NCBI GenBank assembly: GCA_963422375.2
Contig: OY729427.2
Coordinates: forward strand, 736,001 to 800,000
Reading direction: 5' to 3'
DNA: 64,000 bases
Origin: Bryobacterales bacterium
GTDB taxonomy: Bacteria > Acidobacteriota > Terriglobia > Bryobacterales > UBA6623
In this document: one piece after another, positions 22,246 through 32,566 of the stretch
Position numbering within the stretch: position 1 is the first letter of the stretch
Layout: each line of letters opens with the position of its first letter
The notes under the pieces: model-generated
Told to the model about the DNA's origin: nothing
Database searches by the model: none
The model's input: the letters and a program-made list of their open reading frames with translations, nothing else
Made by a program: the position numbers and the translations under genes

Positions 22246-23421
22246 GACCCGACCTGCGAGCCGACGCACGGGGGCCGGCAGCTGGCGCCGTTCAACGGCT
22301 TCTACGACACTCATTGCTACTTGCCGCTGGCGGGCGTGGTGCGCTGCGACGACGAGCGCGAGCGGCATCTCGTGGCGGCGCTGCTGCGCTCGGGCACGGC
22401 CGCCGCCGCGGAGGGCTGGCTGCCGCTGCTGGACCGCTTGCTGCCGCTGCTGCGGGAATTCTTCCCGCGGGCGACGCTGCGCCTGCGCCTGGACGCGGGC
22501 TTCCAAGGGGACGAGCTGCCGGCCTATGGCGAGCGCGAGGGCCTGGAGTACCGCGAGGGCCTGGAGTGCGTGGTGTGCCTGCAGAAGAACGCGGTGCCGG
22601 AGCGGCGCGCGGCCCCGTTGCGGGCGGCCGTCCCGCCTGGAGCAGTTGCGGGCGAAGTACGCGCCGCTGGGAGCCGGCACGCAGGGGGGCCGGCCGGGCC
22701 CGCTGCACGGGCAGTTCGTCTACCGGGCGGGCCGCCGGTCGCGGGCGCGGCGGGTGATCGTCAAGGCGGACGTGAGCGAGTTTCCCGGGCGCGCCCCGCA
22801 GTGGAACCCGCGCTACGCGGCGACCAACGCGGGCGGCAGCCCGCAGCGCCTCTGCGAGCGGATCCACTGCCTGCGCGGGGACGCGGAGAACCGCGTCAAG
22901 GAGCTCGAGCACGGGATGCGGATGGACCGCGCCAGCCGCTCGAGCTTCGCGGCGAACCGGTTCCGCGTGCCGCTCGCGGCGGCGGCCTACGTGATCATGC
23001 AGGAACTGCGCTGGCAGGCGCGGGACACGCCGCTGCGGAAGCGCCGGGTGGACGGGTTGCGCCTCGGCCTGCCGAAGCCGGGGGCGCGGGTCGCGGCCAC
23101 GGCGCAGCGGATCGTGCTGCGAGTGCCGCGGACGGCACCGTTCCGGGACGCCCGGGCGGTGGTGGCGCGGGGCTTGGGGGCCGTGCCGATATGACGCCGG
23201 GCCGGGTCCATCCGGAGAGTGTCGGCAGGCGCCGGGGGAAACCGTGCCTGCCCTCCGGGCGGGTGCCGCCGAGGAGGTGTCCGCGGCCCGCACGCCGCTC
23301 GCGAGACGCCCCGCAAGCCCCGCATTCCCCGCCCGCAGGCGTTTCGGAAGCAGATTGGGCGGCCATCGAGAGCCCGGAAACTGGATCCATGAGCCTGCGC
23401 CGCATTCGTGAATAATGCGGG
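22246..23421 (+). mobile_element. IS1380-family remnant: 5'-truncated, frameshifted transposase plus right end
   Basis: DPT.EPTHG..Q...FNGFYDTHCYLPL; RLDAGF; frameshift near 22630; RRVIVKA; NPRY; RGDAENRVKE; FAANRFR; stop at 23194. Terminus 'gtgaataatgcggg' followed by CTAG. 18-bp tandem duplication at 22534-22569. Confidence 0.85.
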
Positions 23422-24576
23422 CTAGCCGAAGATGGCCGCCAAGGCCGGCAGGCCGTAAAAGAGAACCAGAAGGTACGAGACTGCGAGCACCTTCGACTTG
23501 GTCGCGATGTCGGCGAACTGCCGGACCAGGCCGAGCAGGAAATGCCTCACTGGCGGCCAAGGATAGATCAGCAGGGTCGCGGCAAGATTGAACGCGAGGT
23601 GCGTCAGCGCGATCTCGATGCCCGCTTGGGCGTTCGGGCCGGACACCGCGAGCGAGGCCATGAGCGCAGTGAGGGTCGTGCCGACATTCGCGCCAATGGT
23701 TACCGGAAACGCCTGCTCGAGGGTGATGATGCCCACTCCCGCGAGCGGCACCAGCAGCGACGTCGTGATCGAACTCGACTGCACCATGGCCGTGATCAAG
23801 CAGCCCGCGCCGAGGGCCAGCGGGGCGGAACGCCCGAGCGCCCGCCCCAAGAATTGCTCGGCCCTGGAAAGCAGCGCCGAGTGCAGGACTCGCACGATCA
23901 GCATCAAGGCAAGGAAGATCAGCATCCCGCTCGCCAGCACGAGCACCGCGCCCTGCCCGTGTGGGGACTCGAACAGCCGCCCGGCAATCGCCTTGAAGGG
24001 AGCGACGGCAAGCTTGAGCAGGCTCGGCAGCGGGTTGTCGAACGATCCGCCGGCGACCACGTCGAGGCGGCCGGCTAGCGCCGCCGCCAGGCTCGACAGG
24101 AATCCGGTCGCTATCTCCAGCGGCAGCAGGACAAGCACGCTGAGGTAGTTGAAGAAGTCGTGGCAGGTCGCCACTGAGAAGGCCCGCCGAAACTCTTCCG
24201 GCCGACCCATATGGGCCAGAGAGACGAGCGTGTTGGTGACGGTGGTTCCGATGTTGGCTCCCATGATCATCGGCACCGCGTTGGCCAGCGGCAGCGGGTT
24301 CTCGGGAGCGGCCACCAAGCCCACGACCATCGAGGTCGTCACGGACGAGCTCTGCACGAGCGTGGTCGTCAGCAGGCCGACCATGAGAGCGACGAAGGGG
24401 TTCTCGGTAGCGCTGAAGAATGCGTCTAGGAGGTTCCCGCCGAGCAGCTTGAATCCGTCCCCCAGGCCGCTTACGCCGGCTAGGAAGACGAACAGGAGGC
24501 AGAAGACGACGAGGCCGGCCAGCGCCGGAGTGGGCTTGTCGGGCCCCTCGGTCGAACCGACGGGGTCGGAACTCAT
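23422..24576 (-). CDS. Na+/Pi cotransporter (NptA/SLC34-like)
   Basis: Two repeats QSSS.TTS and GAN[IV]GTT; ATCHDFFN; many TM helices. Confidence 0.92.
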   Translation of the reverse strand: MSSDPVGSTEGPDKPTPALAGLVVFCLLFVFLAGVSGLGDGFKLLGGNLLDAFFSATENPFVALMVGLLTTTLVQSSSVTTSMVVGLVAAPENPLPLANAVPMIMGANIGTTVTNTLVSLAHMGRPEEFRRAFSVATCHDFFNYLSVLVLLPLEIATGFLSSLAAALAGRLDVVAGGSFDNPLPSLLKLAVAPFKAIAGRLFESPHGQGAVLVLASGMLIFLALMLIVRVLHSALLSRAEQFLGRALGRSAPLALGAGCLITAMVQSSSITTSLLVPLAGVGIITLEQAFPVTIGANVGTTLTALMASLAVSGPNAQAGIEIALTHLAFNLAATLLIYPWPPVRHFLLGLVRQFADIATKSKVLAVSYLLVLFYGLPALAAIFG

Positions 24577-24685
24577 CGCTTCCTTGCGCGACGGGTGGCG
24601 AGGCTTCGACGGATTCGGGTTGCCGCACCAAGGCGCAACCCCCGGAAGCACTCGCTTCGCCCGCATGAGGGGAAGCTCCTAGTGC

Positions 24686-25516
24686 CTACCATGCGTACTC
24701 GGGTTCGCGACCGGCGTCCTGCTGCACGAGCGGCAGGGAAGGTGCCGCGCCGGAATCGCGACTGTCTTCCGCCGGGCGGGGCTCCCGGGGAAGGAAGCGC
24801 CTGTCGAGCAGCCGGTCCGTGTCGATATTCCCCATGGCCGCGAGCAGGTTATCCGGCACGTGCGGGTTGTCGCGCGCAAGCTCGCCGAGAAATCCCCGCA
24901 GCTTCTCGCGGACCGTGCCCGTCTTGTGAGAACAAACGCAGGGAGTCACGGGCAGGCCGGCTTCCTCAACGTATCCGCGGGTGATCTCCTCGGAGACGTA
25001 GGCCAAAGGGCGGATCAGGCGGAAGTCGCCCGATCGCGACACGGTCACGGGCGGCAGCGCACTCAACCGGCCCGTGAAGAGAGCGTTGCGCAGCAGCGCC
25101 TCGCACAGGTCGTCGGCCGTGTGCCCCAATGCGACGACGTTGCATCCCATCTTCGACGCGACATCGTAGACCGCACGGCGGCGGTAGCGACTGCAGGTGT
25201 CGCAGCCGTGGCCGGGCTGGTCGGCCAGCAGCTGCAGCGAAGGCTCGTCCCGGTAATAGGTCCAGCGGATGCCCCGTCCGGCCAGCACTTCCCGGAGGGG
25301 CTCCACCGGGCGGACGAACTTGCCCTGTTCGATCGTGAACGCCTGCAGGGAGAACTTCACCGGCGAGCGTCGCGAGAGCAATTGCAGCGCGTCCAGCAGG
25401 GCCAGCGAGTCCTTGCCCCCGGACAGCCCGACCGCGATCCGGTCGCCTTCCCGGACCATGCCGAAGTCCGCGATGGCCTTCCCTGTCTTGCGCAGCAGTG
25501 ATTTGCGGTGACTCAC
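24686..25516 (-). CDS. ttcA: tRNA 2-thiocytidine biosynthesis protein TtcA
   Basis: PP-loop SGGKDS; CDTCSRYRR; GHTADD; IRPL; second Cys motif PCVC. Confidence 0.85.
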   Translation of the reverse strand: MSHRKSLLRKTGKAIADFGMVREGDRIAVGLSGGKDSLALLDALQLLSRRSPVKFSLQAFTIEQGKFVRPVEPLREVLAGRGIRWTYYRDEPSLQLLADQPGHGCDTCSRYRRRAVYDVASKMGCNVVALGHTADDLCEALLRNALFTGRLSALPPVTVSRSGDFRLIRPLAYVSEEITRGYVEEAGLPVTPCVCSHKTGTVREKLRGFLGELARDNPHVPDNLLAAMGNIDTDRLLDRRFLPREPRPAEDSRDSGAAPSLPLVQQDAGREPEYAW

Positions 25517-25558
25517 GTGCCGAGACCGGGCCCGAAAGTCATTATAATTGCCCGCGGA

Positions 25559-26338
25559 TCAGCCGCTTGGCTCGGAGCGACGCCGAATCGAGCGTGCCAT
25601 GCCGGTGGACTCGTCCACGTCGATCACGACCGCGTTCACGCCGACCGGGCCGCTGGCGGGCTGGAAGCGCGACGGTCGCGCCGTGAGGAACCGCTTCAGA
25701 GACGATTCCACCCCCATTCCGATAATCGAGTTGACGGGACCCGTCATGCCGACGTCGGTGATGTAGGCGGTGCCGGACGGCAGGACCCTCTCGTCCGCGG
25801 TCGGAACGTGCGTGTGAGTGCCGACCACCGCGCTGACCCGGCCGTCAAGGTAGCGTCCGAACGCCGTCTTCTCGCTCGTGACTTCGGCGTGAAAATCCAC
25901 GAAGCGCACCTTGACGTCGCCGCCGACCGCCTCCAGCAGGCGGTCGGCGCAGCGGAACGGGCAGTCGGTATGGGGCATGTAGACGCGCCCTTGCAGGTTG
26001 AGGACGGCGTAGGGCACCGCCGAGTCCGTGAGGCCGACGTAGAATCCGGCACCGGGCGCCTCGGGATAGTTGGCGGGCCGCAGCAGCCTAGCTTGGTGGT
26101 CGAAGTACGGAAGGATTTCCTTCTTATCCCAGATGTGATTCCCGGAAGTCAGCACGTGAATCCCGGCGGCAAGGAGTTGGTCGGCGATGCGCGGGGTGGT
26201 GCCGAATCCCGCGGCCGAGTTCTCGCAATTCGCGATGACGAGGTCGATCCCCTCGTCGCTCACCAGCCCCTGCAGGACGGACAGCAGAGCCTGCCGACCG
26301 GGCCTGCCGACGATGTCGCCTACGAACAGAATGCGCAC
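25559..26338 (-). CDS. ymdB: YmdB-family (TIGR00282) metallophosphoesterase
   Basis: ILFVGDIVG.PGR; NCENSAAGFG; TSGNHIWD; DFHAEVTSEK; VGTHTHV; TDVGMTGP. Confidence 0.92.
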   Translation of the reverse strand: MRILFVGDIVGRPGRQALLSVLQGLVSDEGIDLVIANCENSAAGFGTTPRIADQLLAAGIHVLTSGNHIWDKKEILPYFDHQARLLRPANYPEAPGAGFYVGLTDSAVPYAVLNLQGRVYMPHTDCPFRCADRLLEAVGGDVKVRFVDFHAEVTSEKTAFGRYLDGRVSAVVGTHTHVPTADERVLPSGTAYITDVGMTGPVNSIIGMGVESSLKRFLTARPSRFQPASGPVGVNAVVIDVDESTGMARSIRRRSEPSG

Positions 26339-26428
26339 GGGCTGGAATGCCCAGTCTAGCGCGGGCTCCGGGCCGGGAGGCCCCTCGCCTCCGGAGACGA
26401 CCGGCAGGCGAGTCGGGGGTGGAATCCG

Positions 26429-27844
26429 TCAAGCCCGCGGCGCCGGATAGCTCACCCTAGCGGCGGCCGGCCTGCCCGGGAAGGGGTCTCCGGTCTGGCG
26501 GGCATGGCGTCTCAAGCCCTCGAGCAGCGGCTCGCAAAGTCTCCGATGGACGGGATCCGCGGCCAAGTCGCGCATCTCCAAGGGGTCATCGCGGAGATCG
26601 TACAGGCTCACGAACTCCTCCTGGCCTGCGCGCCGGGTCAGCTTGTGGCGGTCGGTGACGATCGCCCGCCACGGCGCTTGGTGCGGGCTGTTCCCGTTCC
26701 CCGAGGCGCTCCGGGCGCTCGCGACCTTGCCCTCGCAATACACGGATTCCGGGCGAGGGGCGCTCTCTACGCCGGTGACGGCGGCCGAGAGATCCAGCCC
26801 CGCGCACGAATCCTGCGCGGGCAGGCCGCAGACGGAGAGCAGCGTCGGCATCAAGTCCACCGAGCTGACGAGCGTCCGCAGACCGATGCCGGCCGGGATG
26901 CGACCGGGGAGACGCATGAGCAGCGGCACGTGCAGCGATTCGTCCAGCGGCTGCCCCTTGCGGTACATGCCGTGCGAGCCCGCCAGTTCACCGTGGTCGG
27001 AAGTGAAGACCACAAGCGTGCTCTCGGCCAAGCCGGCCTCGTCCAAGAATGCCATCAGCCGACCCATCTGGTGATCCAGCGACTCGCAAAGCCCGTAGTA
27101 GCCGGCGAGCTCTTTGGCCGCTCGCTCGCGATGCTCGGCGGGAACGTTCGCCCGCGGGACGATCTCCCCGGGCTGGTACCGGTCGTGCGACCGCGGCGGC
27201 CGGAACGGCGTGTGGGGAGGTCCCCACGATAGGAAGCACACGAACGGGCGGTCCCGATTCCGCCGCATGAAATCGATTGCGAGGCCGGTCTGCAGCTCGG
27301 GCTCGTAGTACGGATCCGGCAGCGCGGCCCTGCGGGCCGCCAGCGGCTCGCCGCGATCTTCGAAGCCCCAAGTCTCGTGATAGACGTGCCCTCGATTGAA
27401 GCCCTCAAACGTCTCGAACCCCCGGCGGCGCCAGCCCGGAGGAACGAATCCCGGCTTGGCGTCGCCGTCCAAGTGCCACTTGCCGACGTAATGCGTCGCA
27501 TAGCCATGCGACCGAAACACTTCCGGCCAGCACACCTCGTCCGGCGGGAGCTGGAGGTCGTTGCGAATCATGCCGGTCTGGTGGGAGTGGCGGCCGGTCA
27601 GGATGCAGGCCCTGTTGGGAGAGCAGACCGGATTCGAAGCGTAAGCTCGGTGCCAGTTGGCACCCTGGGCGGCCAAGCGGTCGAAGTTGGGCGTCCGCAC
27701 GACCGCGTCGGAGCCGAAGCCGAACGCGCTCCGACGCCATTGGTCGGCGAGTACGAAGAGCACGTTGGGGCGCTCGGGCTCGGCGCCGCCGGCCAGCGCA
27801 CCCGCACCGAGCGCGGCAGACGCGAGAAAACCCCGCCGATCCAT
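26429..27844 (-). CDS. Sulfatase with Tat signal
   Basis: MDRRGFL; PNVLFVLADQWR; CSPNR..LTG; GKWHL; PHTP; TSDHG. Confidence 0.92.
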   Translation of the reverse strand: MDRRGFLASAALGAGALAGGAEPERPNVLFVLADQWRRSAFGFGSDAVVRTPNFDRLAAQGANWHRAYASNPVCSPNRACILTGRHSHQTGMIRNDLQLPPDEVCWPEVFRSHGYATHYVGKWHLDGDAKPGFVPPGWRRRGFETFEGFNRGHVYHETWGFEDRGEPLAARRAALPDPYYEPELQTGLAIDFMRRNRDRPFVCFLSWGPPHTPFRPPRSHDRYQPGEIVPRANVPAEHRERAAKELAGYYGLCESLDHQMGRLMAFLDEAGLAESTLVVFTSDHGELAGSHGMYRKGQPLDESLHVPLLMRLPGRIPAGIGLRTLVSSVDLMPTLLSVCGLPAQDSCAGLDLSAAVTGVESAPRPESVYCEGKVASARSASGNGNSPHQAPWRAIVTDRHKLTRRAGQEEFVSLYDLRDDPLEMRDLAADPVHRRLCEPLLEGLRRHARQTGDPFPGRPAAARVSYPAPRA

Positions 27845-28524
27845 TCCCGACACGGGATGGAGTCTAGCACAAGGCGCTCCGACTCCCCACGGCGGCGCTG
27901 TCCCGAGTCTCATCCCCGGCACGGTTCCGCCTCGCCCGCGAAGCGCCGGGAACCGCAACGCTTGGCCGGGTAGGTCGCCGCTTCTCAACAGCCAAGCAAC
28001 CGTGGCAGACCTCGCCGAACTCTCCCGTCCAATTCCGCGTGCGACGCTACGGAGTGGACATCCTCCGCGACGGAGGGTGGCGGCCGCCGTTGCATCGACC
28101 GCCTGCCAAGGGCTGGCGCTCGGGAAGCTCGCCTGCTTAGGTCTCATTCCGCGGAAAGCGGTCGGAGCGGTCGACTGGCGAATTCGATTGGGACGCAACC
28201 GCACCCGGCGAGTGTCCCCCGGCGGTTCCCCGCTCGGTCCGCGAGAACGCGACGCGAACGGCCCGCGCGCCGGCGACAGCCCTGTCGGTCCCATAGGACG
28301 TCCTCCGCGCAGTGCAAGCGGAGTCCGGGACCTGATTTCGACCATGCGAGCGCAGTCGGGACAGATTTGCGCTCCATTCGCGGGCCGATGTGCGGAGGTC
28401 GGGACTTGTCCCCCGCTGGCACCGACGAGTCAGTCCCCCCCGAACAGCCAGGTCGTGTCCGCGGCGAGTGAGCCCGCCACGGAGAACACACTGGCGCGAA
28501 GGCCCTTGGCACCAATGCGGCCGC

Positions 28525-29304
28525 TCAGGAGAGCCGCACGAGTTCGTCGCCGAGGCTCAGCGTCTTCCCGGCCTGCCCGGGAGCCAGCACGGTGTTCACG
28601 GCAAGACGGTAGTAGTGGCCGTAGGATTCAATTGCGGAATCCCGCCGCCGAAACCGCCGTCTGAAGACTGCGAAGCGGGCGGCCGACAGCTCACCCTGGC
28701 CGGCTCCGCCGCGCGAGTCTAGAGTCGGGACGACGCACCTTGCGCACGGATTCGTCGCTTGGAAATCCACCTCGCCGATGCGGAACGGTCGTGCGCCTCC
28801 GGGAGGCCCGAAGAGCAGGTCTTCCTCGAACGGCTCGAGACCCTCGATCTCAAGGTTCGCGCGGAACCGCCGGCGCACCTCTCCAAGGGACATTCCGAAC
28901 CAGCCCGCGACCGTCGCGATCGATCCCGTACCGAGCAGCGTCGGCCCCGTAGCCTCGGCATCGTCGGGAAATCCCGGCCGGGAATCCCGCCTGATCGTCA
29001 CCGATTCCCCGAGCGCCCGGCTGAAGAAAGATCCCATGTCCGCGCGTGAGGTAGCCAGCTCGCACTGCAGCCGCTCGCTTCCCGCCGCCAGCTCGACGCG
29101 GCGCCCGCACTCGCCGTATTCGGCGCGGATCGATAGAATCCGCGACCCCAGCCGCTTCGCGTTGAGCACGCGCCCGCGAGCGTCGAACAGGGCGTATTCC
29201 CGGTCGCCAACCAAGCCGGCCCCTTCCGCCATCCGCACGCGTTCGGCACCCATGCAGGGCAGCGACTTGATGGGGTATACCGAGATTCGCGCGAGCCGAG
29301 CCAT
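28525..29304 (-). CDS. MOSC domain protein
   Basis: ISVYPIKS; GDREYAL; RRFRANL; PCARCVVP. Confidence 0.88.
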   Translation of the reverse strand: MARLARISVYPIKSLPCMGAERVRMAEGAGLVGDREYALFDARGRVLNAKRLGSRILSIRAEYGECGRRVELAAGSERLQCELATSRADMGSFFSRALGESVTIRRDSRPGFPDDAEATGPTLLGTGSIATVAGWFGMSLGEVRRRFRANLEIEGLEPFEEDLLFGPPGGARPFRIGEVDFQATNPCARCVVPTLDSRGGAGQGELSAARFAVFRRRFRRRDSAIESYGHYYRLAVNTVLAPGQAGKTLSLGDELVRLS

Positions 29305-29521
29305 CGCCGAGCAGCGACCGTGCCGAATCTTATCTTCGCACCCGGGCTTCCGCCGGAACGCGCTGCTCCGGTTTGGTATTCTACCCACCCCGGGCGTTCC
29401 TGTAGCCGGGGTTGGCCGCCGGACCCTCCGGCTCTGCCTAGCAGGGCGCCTTCCCGGCTCGACGCGCTTCCGGCAGCATGTAACGGCGTGCTAGCGCACT
29501 CCCGCAAATCGTAGGATTCCC

Positions 29522-32281
29522 GTGCGTTCCGTCGCTCCCGCTCGCCGAGTCGCTGTCGAGACCGCCGTGCTGGAAGCAGTCAGGGCGCTGCTGCGCGAGG
29601 TCGGGTCGGCGCAGGCCGCGGAGAGCGCGTCCCTGCGCTCCTCGCTCGACCGGGACCTGGGCCTAGGCAGTCTCGAGCGCGTCGAGCTGCTCGTCCGGCT
29701 GGAGTCCGCACTCGGAGTGCGCCTGCCGGAGTCCGGGGCGCAAGCGGCCGAAACGCCGGCGGACTGGGTCCAAACGATTGTAGCCGCGCAGGCGGGCCCG
29801 CCCGCGAACGCCCGCCGGCCAATCACACAGCCGGACCGGGAAGCGCAGCCGCCTCCGGCCGACTCCGCCACCTTCGACGAGGTGCTGCGACGGCAGGCGG
29901 AACGCGACCCAGGCCGTGTCCACATCCATCTGCTAGACCAAGACTGGGGCACGGACATCAGCTGCGGGGAATTGTACGCGCGCGCGTGCGACGTGGCATC
30001 CGGCTTGGCCGCGTCGGGCCTGAGACCCGGAGAGACGGTCGGCATCATGCTGCCCACGTGCAGCGACTTCTTCAGCAGCTTCCTCGGCGTGACCCTCGCC
30101 GGGGGCATCGCCGTGCCCGTCTACCCCCCGACGAGGGCCAATCAGATAGAGGAGTACATCCGCCGGCAGTCGCTCATCCTGAGAAACGCCGGGATCCGGT
30201 TCCTGATCTCGTTCGACCGGATCCGGGCCGTGGCGAGCGCACTCGAGAGCGGCCTGCCGTCGCTGCGAGAAGTAGTCGGAGCAGGCGAGCTCGCGAGCCG
30301 GGGCAGGAGCCTGCCGCCACCCGGGGTCGAGCCGCCGGAAACCTTCTTCATCCAGTACACATCCGGGAGCACGGGAGACCCGAAAGGCGTCACGCTGACG
30401 CACTCCAACGTGCTTGCGAACATCCGCGGAATCGGCTTCGCGGTGGAAGCGAGGCCCACGGACACGGTCGTGTCGTGGCTGCCCCTGTACCACGACATGG
30501 GCCTGATCGGGTCCTGGCTCTTCAGCCTCTACCACGGTTTCCCGATTACCATCCTCTCCCCGATCGACTTCCTGGTGCGGCCCGAGCGCTGGCTCTGGGC
30601 CTTGAGCGACTCGCGAGGAACGCTTTGCCCGGCCCCCAACTTCGCCTTCGAACTGTGCGTCCGCAAGATCAGGGATGACGCGCTCGAGGGAGTGGACCTG
30701 TCGCGTTGGCGGGTCGCGATCAACGCGGGCGAGCCCGTGCTGCCGGCGACCCTCGACAGGTTCAGCGAGCGATTCCGGCCGTGGGGCTTTGACCGGCGGA
30801 GCCTGATGCCGTTCTACGGGCTGGCGGAGTCCTCCGTCGCGCTCACCTACCCGCCGTTCTGGCGGGGGCCCGTGGTGGACCGGATCGAGCGCCCTGCCTT
30901 CGAGGCGGAGGGGCGGGCGGTGCCGACGCAGGCCGCGGGCTCCGCGGACGTACAGGAGTTCGTGGGCAACGGCCGCCCGCTGCCCGGCCACGAAGTGCGC
31001 GTGGCGGACGACGCCGGCCGGGAACTGCCCGACCGGCGTCGCGGACGGATCCTCTTCCGCGGCCCGTCCCGCACGAACGGGTACTTCCGCAACCGCGAGG
31101 CCACGGCCTCCGTGCTAGACGCGTGCGGGTGGATGGACTCGGGCGATCTGGGGTACCGGGTCGGCGGGGAGCTCTACGTCACCGGCCGCCTGAAGGACTG
31201 CATTATCAAGGGCGGCCGCAACGTCATCCCGCAGGATATCGAGATGGCGGCCTGGAAGGTGGACGGAGTCCGCAAGGGCTGCGTCGCGGCCTTCGGCTGC
31301 ATCGATAGCGAAACCGGCACCGAGAAACTCGTCGTGGTGGCCGAGACGCGCGCGACCGACAGCGCGCGCAAGCGGCGCATTCGCGCGGAAGTGACGGAGG
31401 CGGTCGCCAGCGACGTCGGTATCCCTCCCGACGACGTGGTCCTCGCCCATCCGGGCTTCGTGCCCAAGACCTCGAGCGGCAAGATCCAGCGGACCGCGAC
31501 CCGCCGGCTCTACGAGTCCGGCTTGACGGGCGCCCGGTCCGGGACACCGGCATGGATGCAGCTGGCAAGGGTCTGGATGCGCGGGACGGCGGGCACGTCC
31601 GGCCGGGCCATCTCGCGTGTCGGGGCCCGCTCCGTCGAGGCCGCGGCCGCGTTGCTCGGCGGATTGGCGGCCGCTGCATTCGGACTGCTGGCGCGGCTGG
31701 CCCCGACGCCCGCGGGCGCCCGGCGTTTCGTGTCCCCGGGCGCTAGGATCACCGCCCGCCTGGCCGGTGCGCGGGTGCGGGGCCGCGTGGCGTGCAACGG
31801 GGCCAAGATGCTGCTAGTCAGCCGCGCGTCGCGGCTGGACCCTTTGGTGGTGGCCGCAGCGGTCGACGCGCCCTTCGTGTTCGCCGATTCCACCGGCTTT
31901 TCAGGCCTCGGACCCGCGCAGGCGTTCCTGCTCGAGCCGCTCGTCGCCGGCACGAACGGCGGCCGCCGAATGGTCGGCGCCAACGGCTCGCACCCGCAGG
32001 CGTCCGACGCGCTGTCAGGCGGCCGCTCGGTCGTCGGCTTCGCCGACAGCCCGCCCGGGGAACCTCCCGCTCGGACGCGCTTTCGAGCGGAGCTGCTCGC
32101 GGCCGCGGCCGAGTCGGGAGCGAGCGTCGTCCCTGTCGCGCTCCAGGGCGGGCCCGGCGGCACCTGCCGCGCGTTGCAATGCGACCCGCTGGCGGAACTG
32201 GCCGCGAACGGCGACCCTTCCCTCGGTCGCGAGGCCGTGCGGGCTGCTCTGGAAGGAGCAACTGCGGGAACGCGTCGGTAG
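29522..32281 (+). CDS. ACP - fatty acyl-AMP ligase - degenerate PlsC-like acyltransferase fusion
   Basis: N-terminal DRDLGLGSLERVEL carrier motif; QYTSGSTGDPKG; SWLPLYHDMGL; YGLAE; DSGDLG; GRLKD; PKTSSGK; C-terminal VSRASRLD...VVPVAL. Confidence 0.88.
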   Translation: MRSVAPARRVAVETAVLEAVRALLREVGSAQAAESASLRSSLDRDLGLGSLERVELLVRLESALGVRLPESGAQAAETPADWVQTIVAAQAGPPANARRPITQPDREAQPPPADSATFDEVLRRQAERDPGRVHIHLLDQDWGTDISCGELYARACDVASGLAASGLRPGETVGIMLPTCSDFFSSFLGVTLAGGIAVPVYPPTRANQIEEYIRRQSLILRNAGIRFLISFDRIRAVASALESGLPSLREVVGAGELASRGRSLPPPGVEPPETFFIQYTSGSTGDPKGVTLTHSNVLANIRGIGFAVEARPTDTVVSWLPLYHDMGLIGSWLFSLYHGFPITILSPIDFLVRPERWLWALSDSRGTLCPAPNFAFELCVRKIRDDALEGVDLSRWRVAINAGEPVLPATLDRFSERFRPWGFDRRSLMPFYGLAESSVALTYPPFWRGPVVDRIERPAFEAEGRAVPTQAAGSADVQEFVGNGRPLPGHEVRVADDAGRELPDRRRGRILFRGPSRTNGYFRNREATASVLDACGWMDSGDLGYRVGGELYVTGRLKDCIIKGGRNVIPQDIEMAAWKVDGVRKGCVAAFGCIDSETGTEKLVVVAETRATDSARKRRIRAEVTEAVASDVGIPPDDVVLAHPGFVPKTSSGKIQRTATRRLYESGLTGARSGTPAWMQLARVWMRGTAGTSGRAISRVGARSVEAAAALLGGLAAAAFGLLARLAPTPAGARRFVSPGARITARLAGARVRGRVACNGAKMLLVSRASRLDPLVVAAAVDAPFVFADSTGFSGLGPAQAFLLEPLVAGTNGGRRMVGANGSHPQASDALSGGRSVVGFADSPPGEPPARTRFRAELLAAAAESGASVVPVALQGGPGGTCRALQCDPLAELAANGDPSLGREAVRAALEGATAGTRR

Positions 32282-32291
32282 AATAGGAGCC

Positions 32292-32522
32292 ATGCCGATC
32301 TACGAGTACAGGTGCGACACCTGCGACAGCCGCTTCGAGGCGCTCGTGATGGGAGCCACTCCCGAGCCCGAGAGCTGCGAATGCGGCAGCGAGTCGATCG
32401 AGAAGGTCTACTCGACGTTCGCCGCCCAGACCGGGGATTCCCTTCCGGATGCCTGCCCCACTCCCGCCGAGGGCCGCTGCGACCTGCCCGCTTGCGCCGG
32501 CGGAACGTGCGGCATGAACTGA
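32292..32522 (+). CDS. FmdB-family zinc-ribbon protein
   Basis: MPIYEYRCDTC...CECGS; Cys-rich tail; AGGAG RBS. Confidence 0.88.
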   Translation: MPIYEYRCDTCDSRFEALVMGATPEPESCECGSESIEKVYSTFAAQTGDSLPDACPTPAEGRCDLPACAGGTCGMN

Positions 32523-32566
32523 CCGCGCCGGTCCGGCCGGGGACCGCTGGGCGGCGCCCCGGAATC

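Noticed and set aside
29522..32281. NRPS/PKS biosynthetic cluster
   Set aside because: No condensation, ketosynthase or thioesterase domains nearby; the adenylation domain is FAAL-type.
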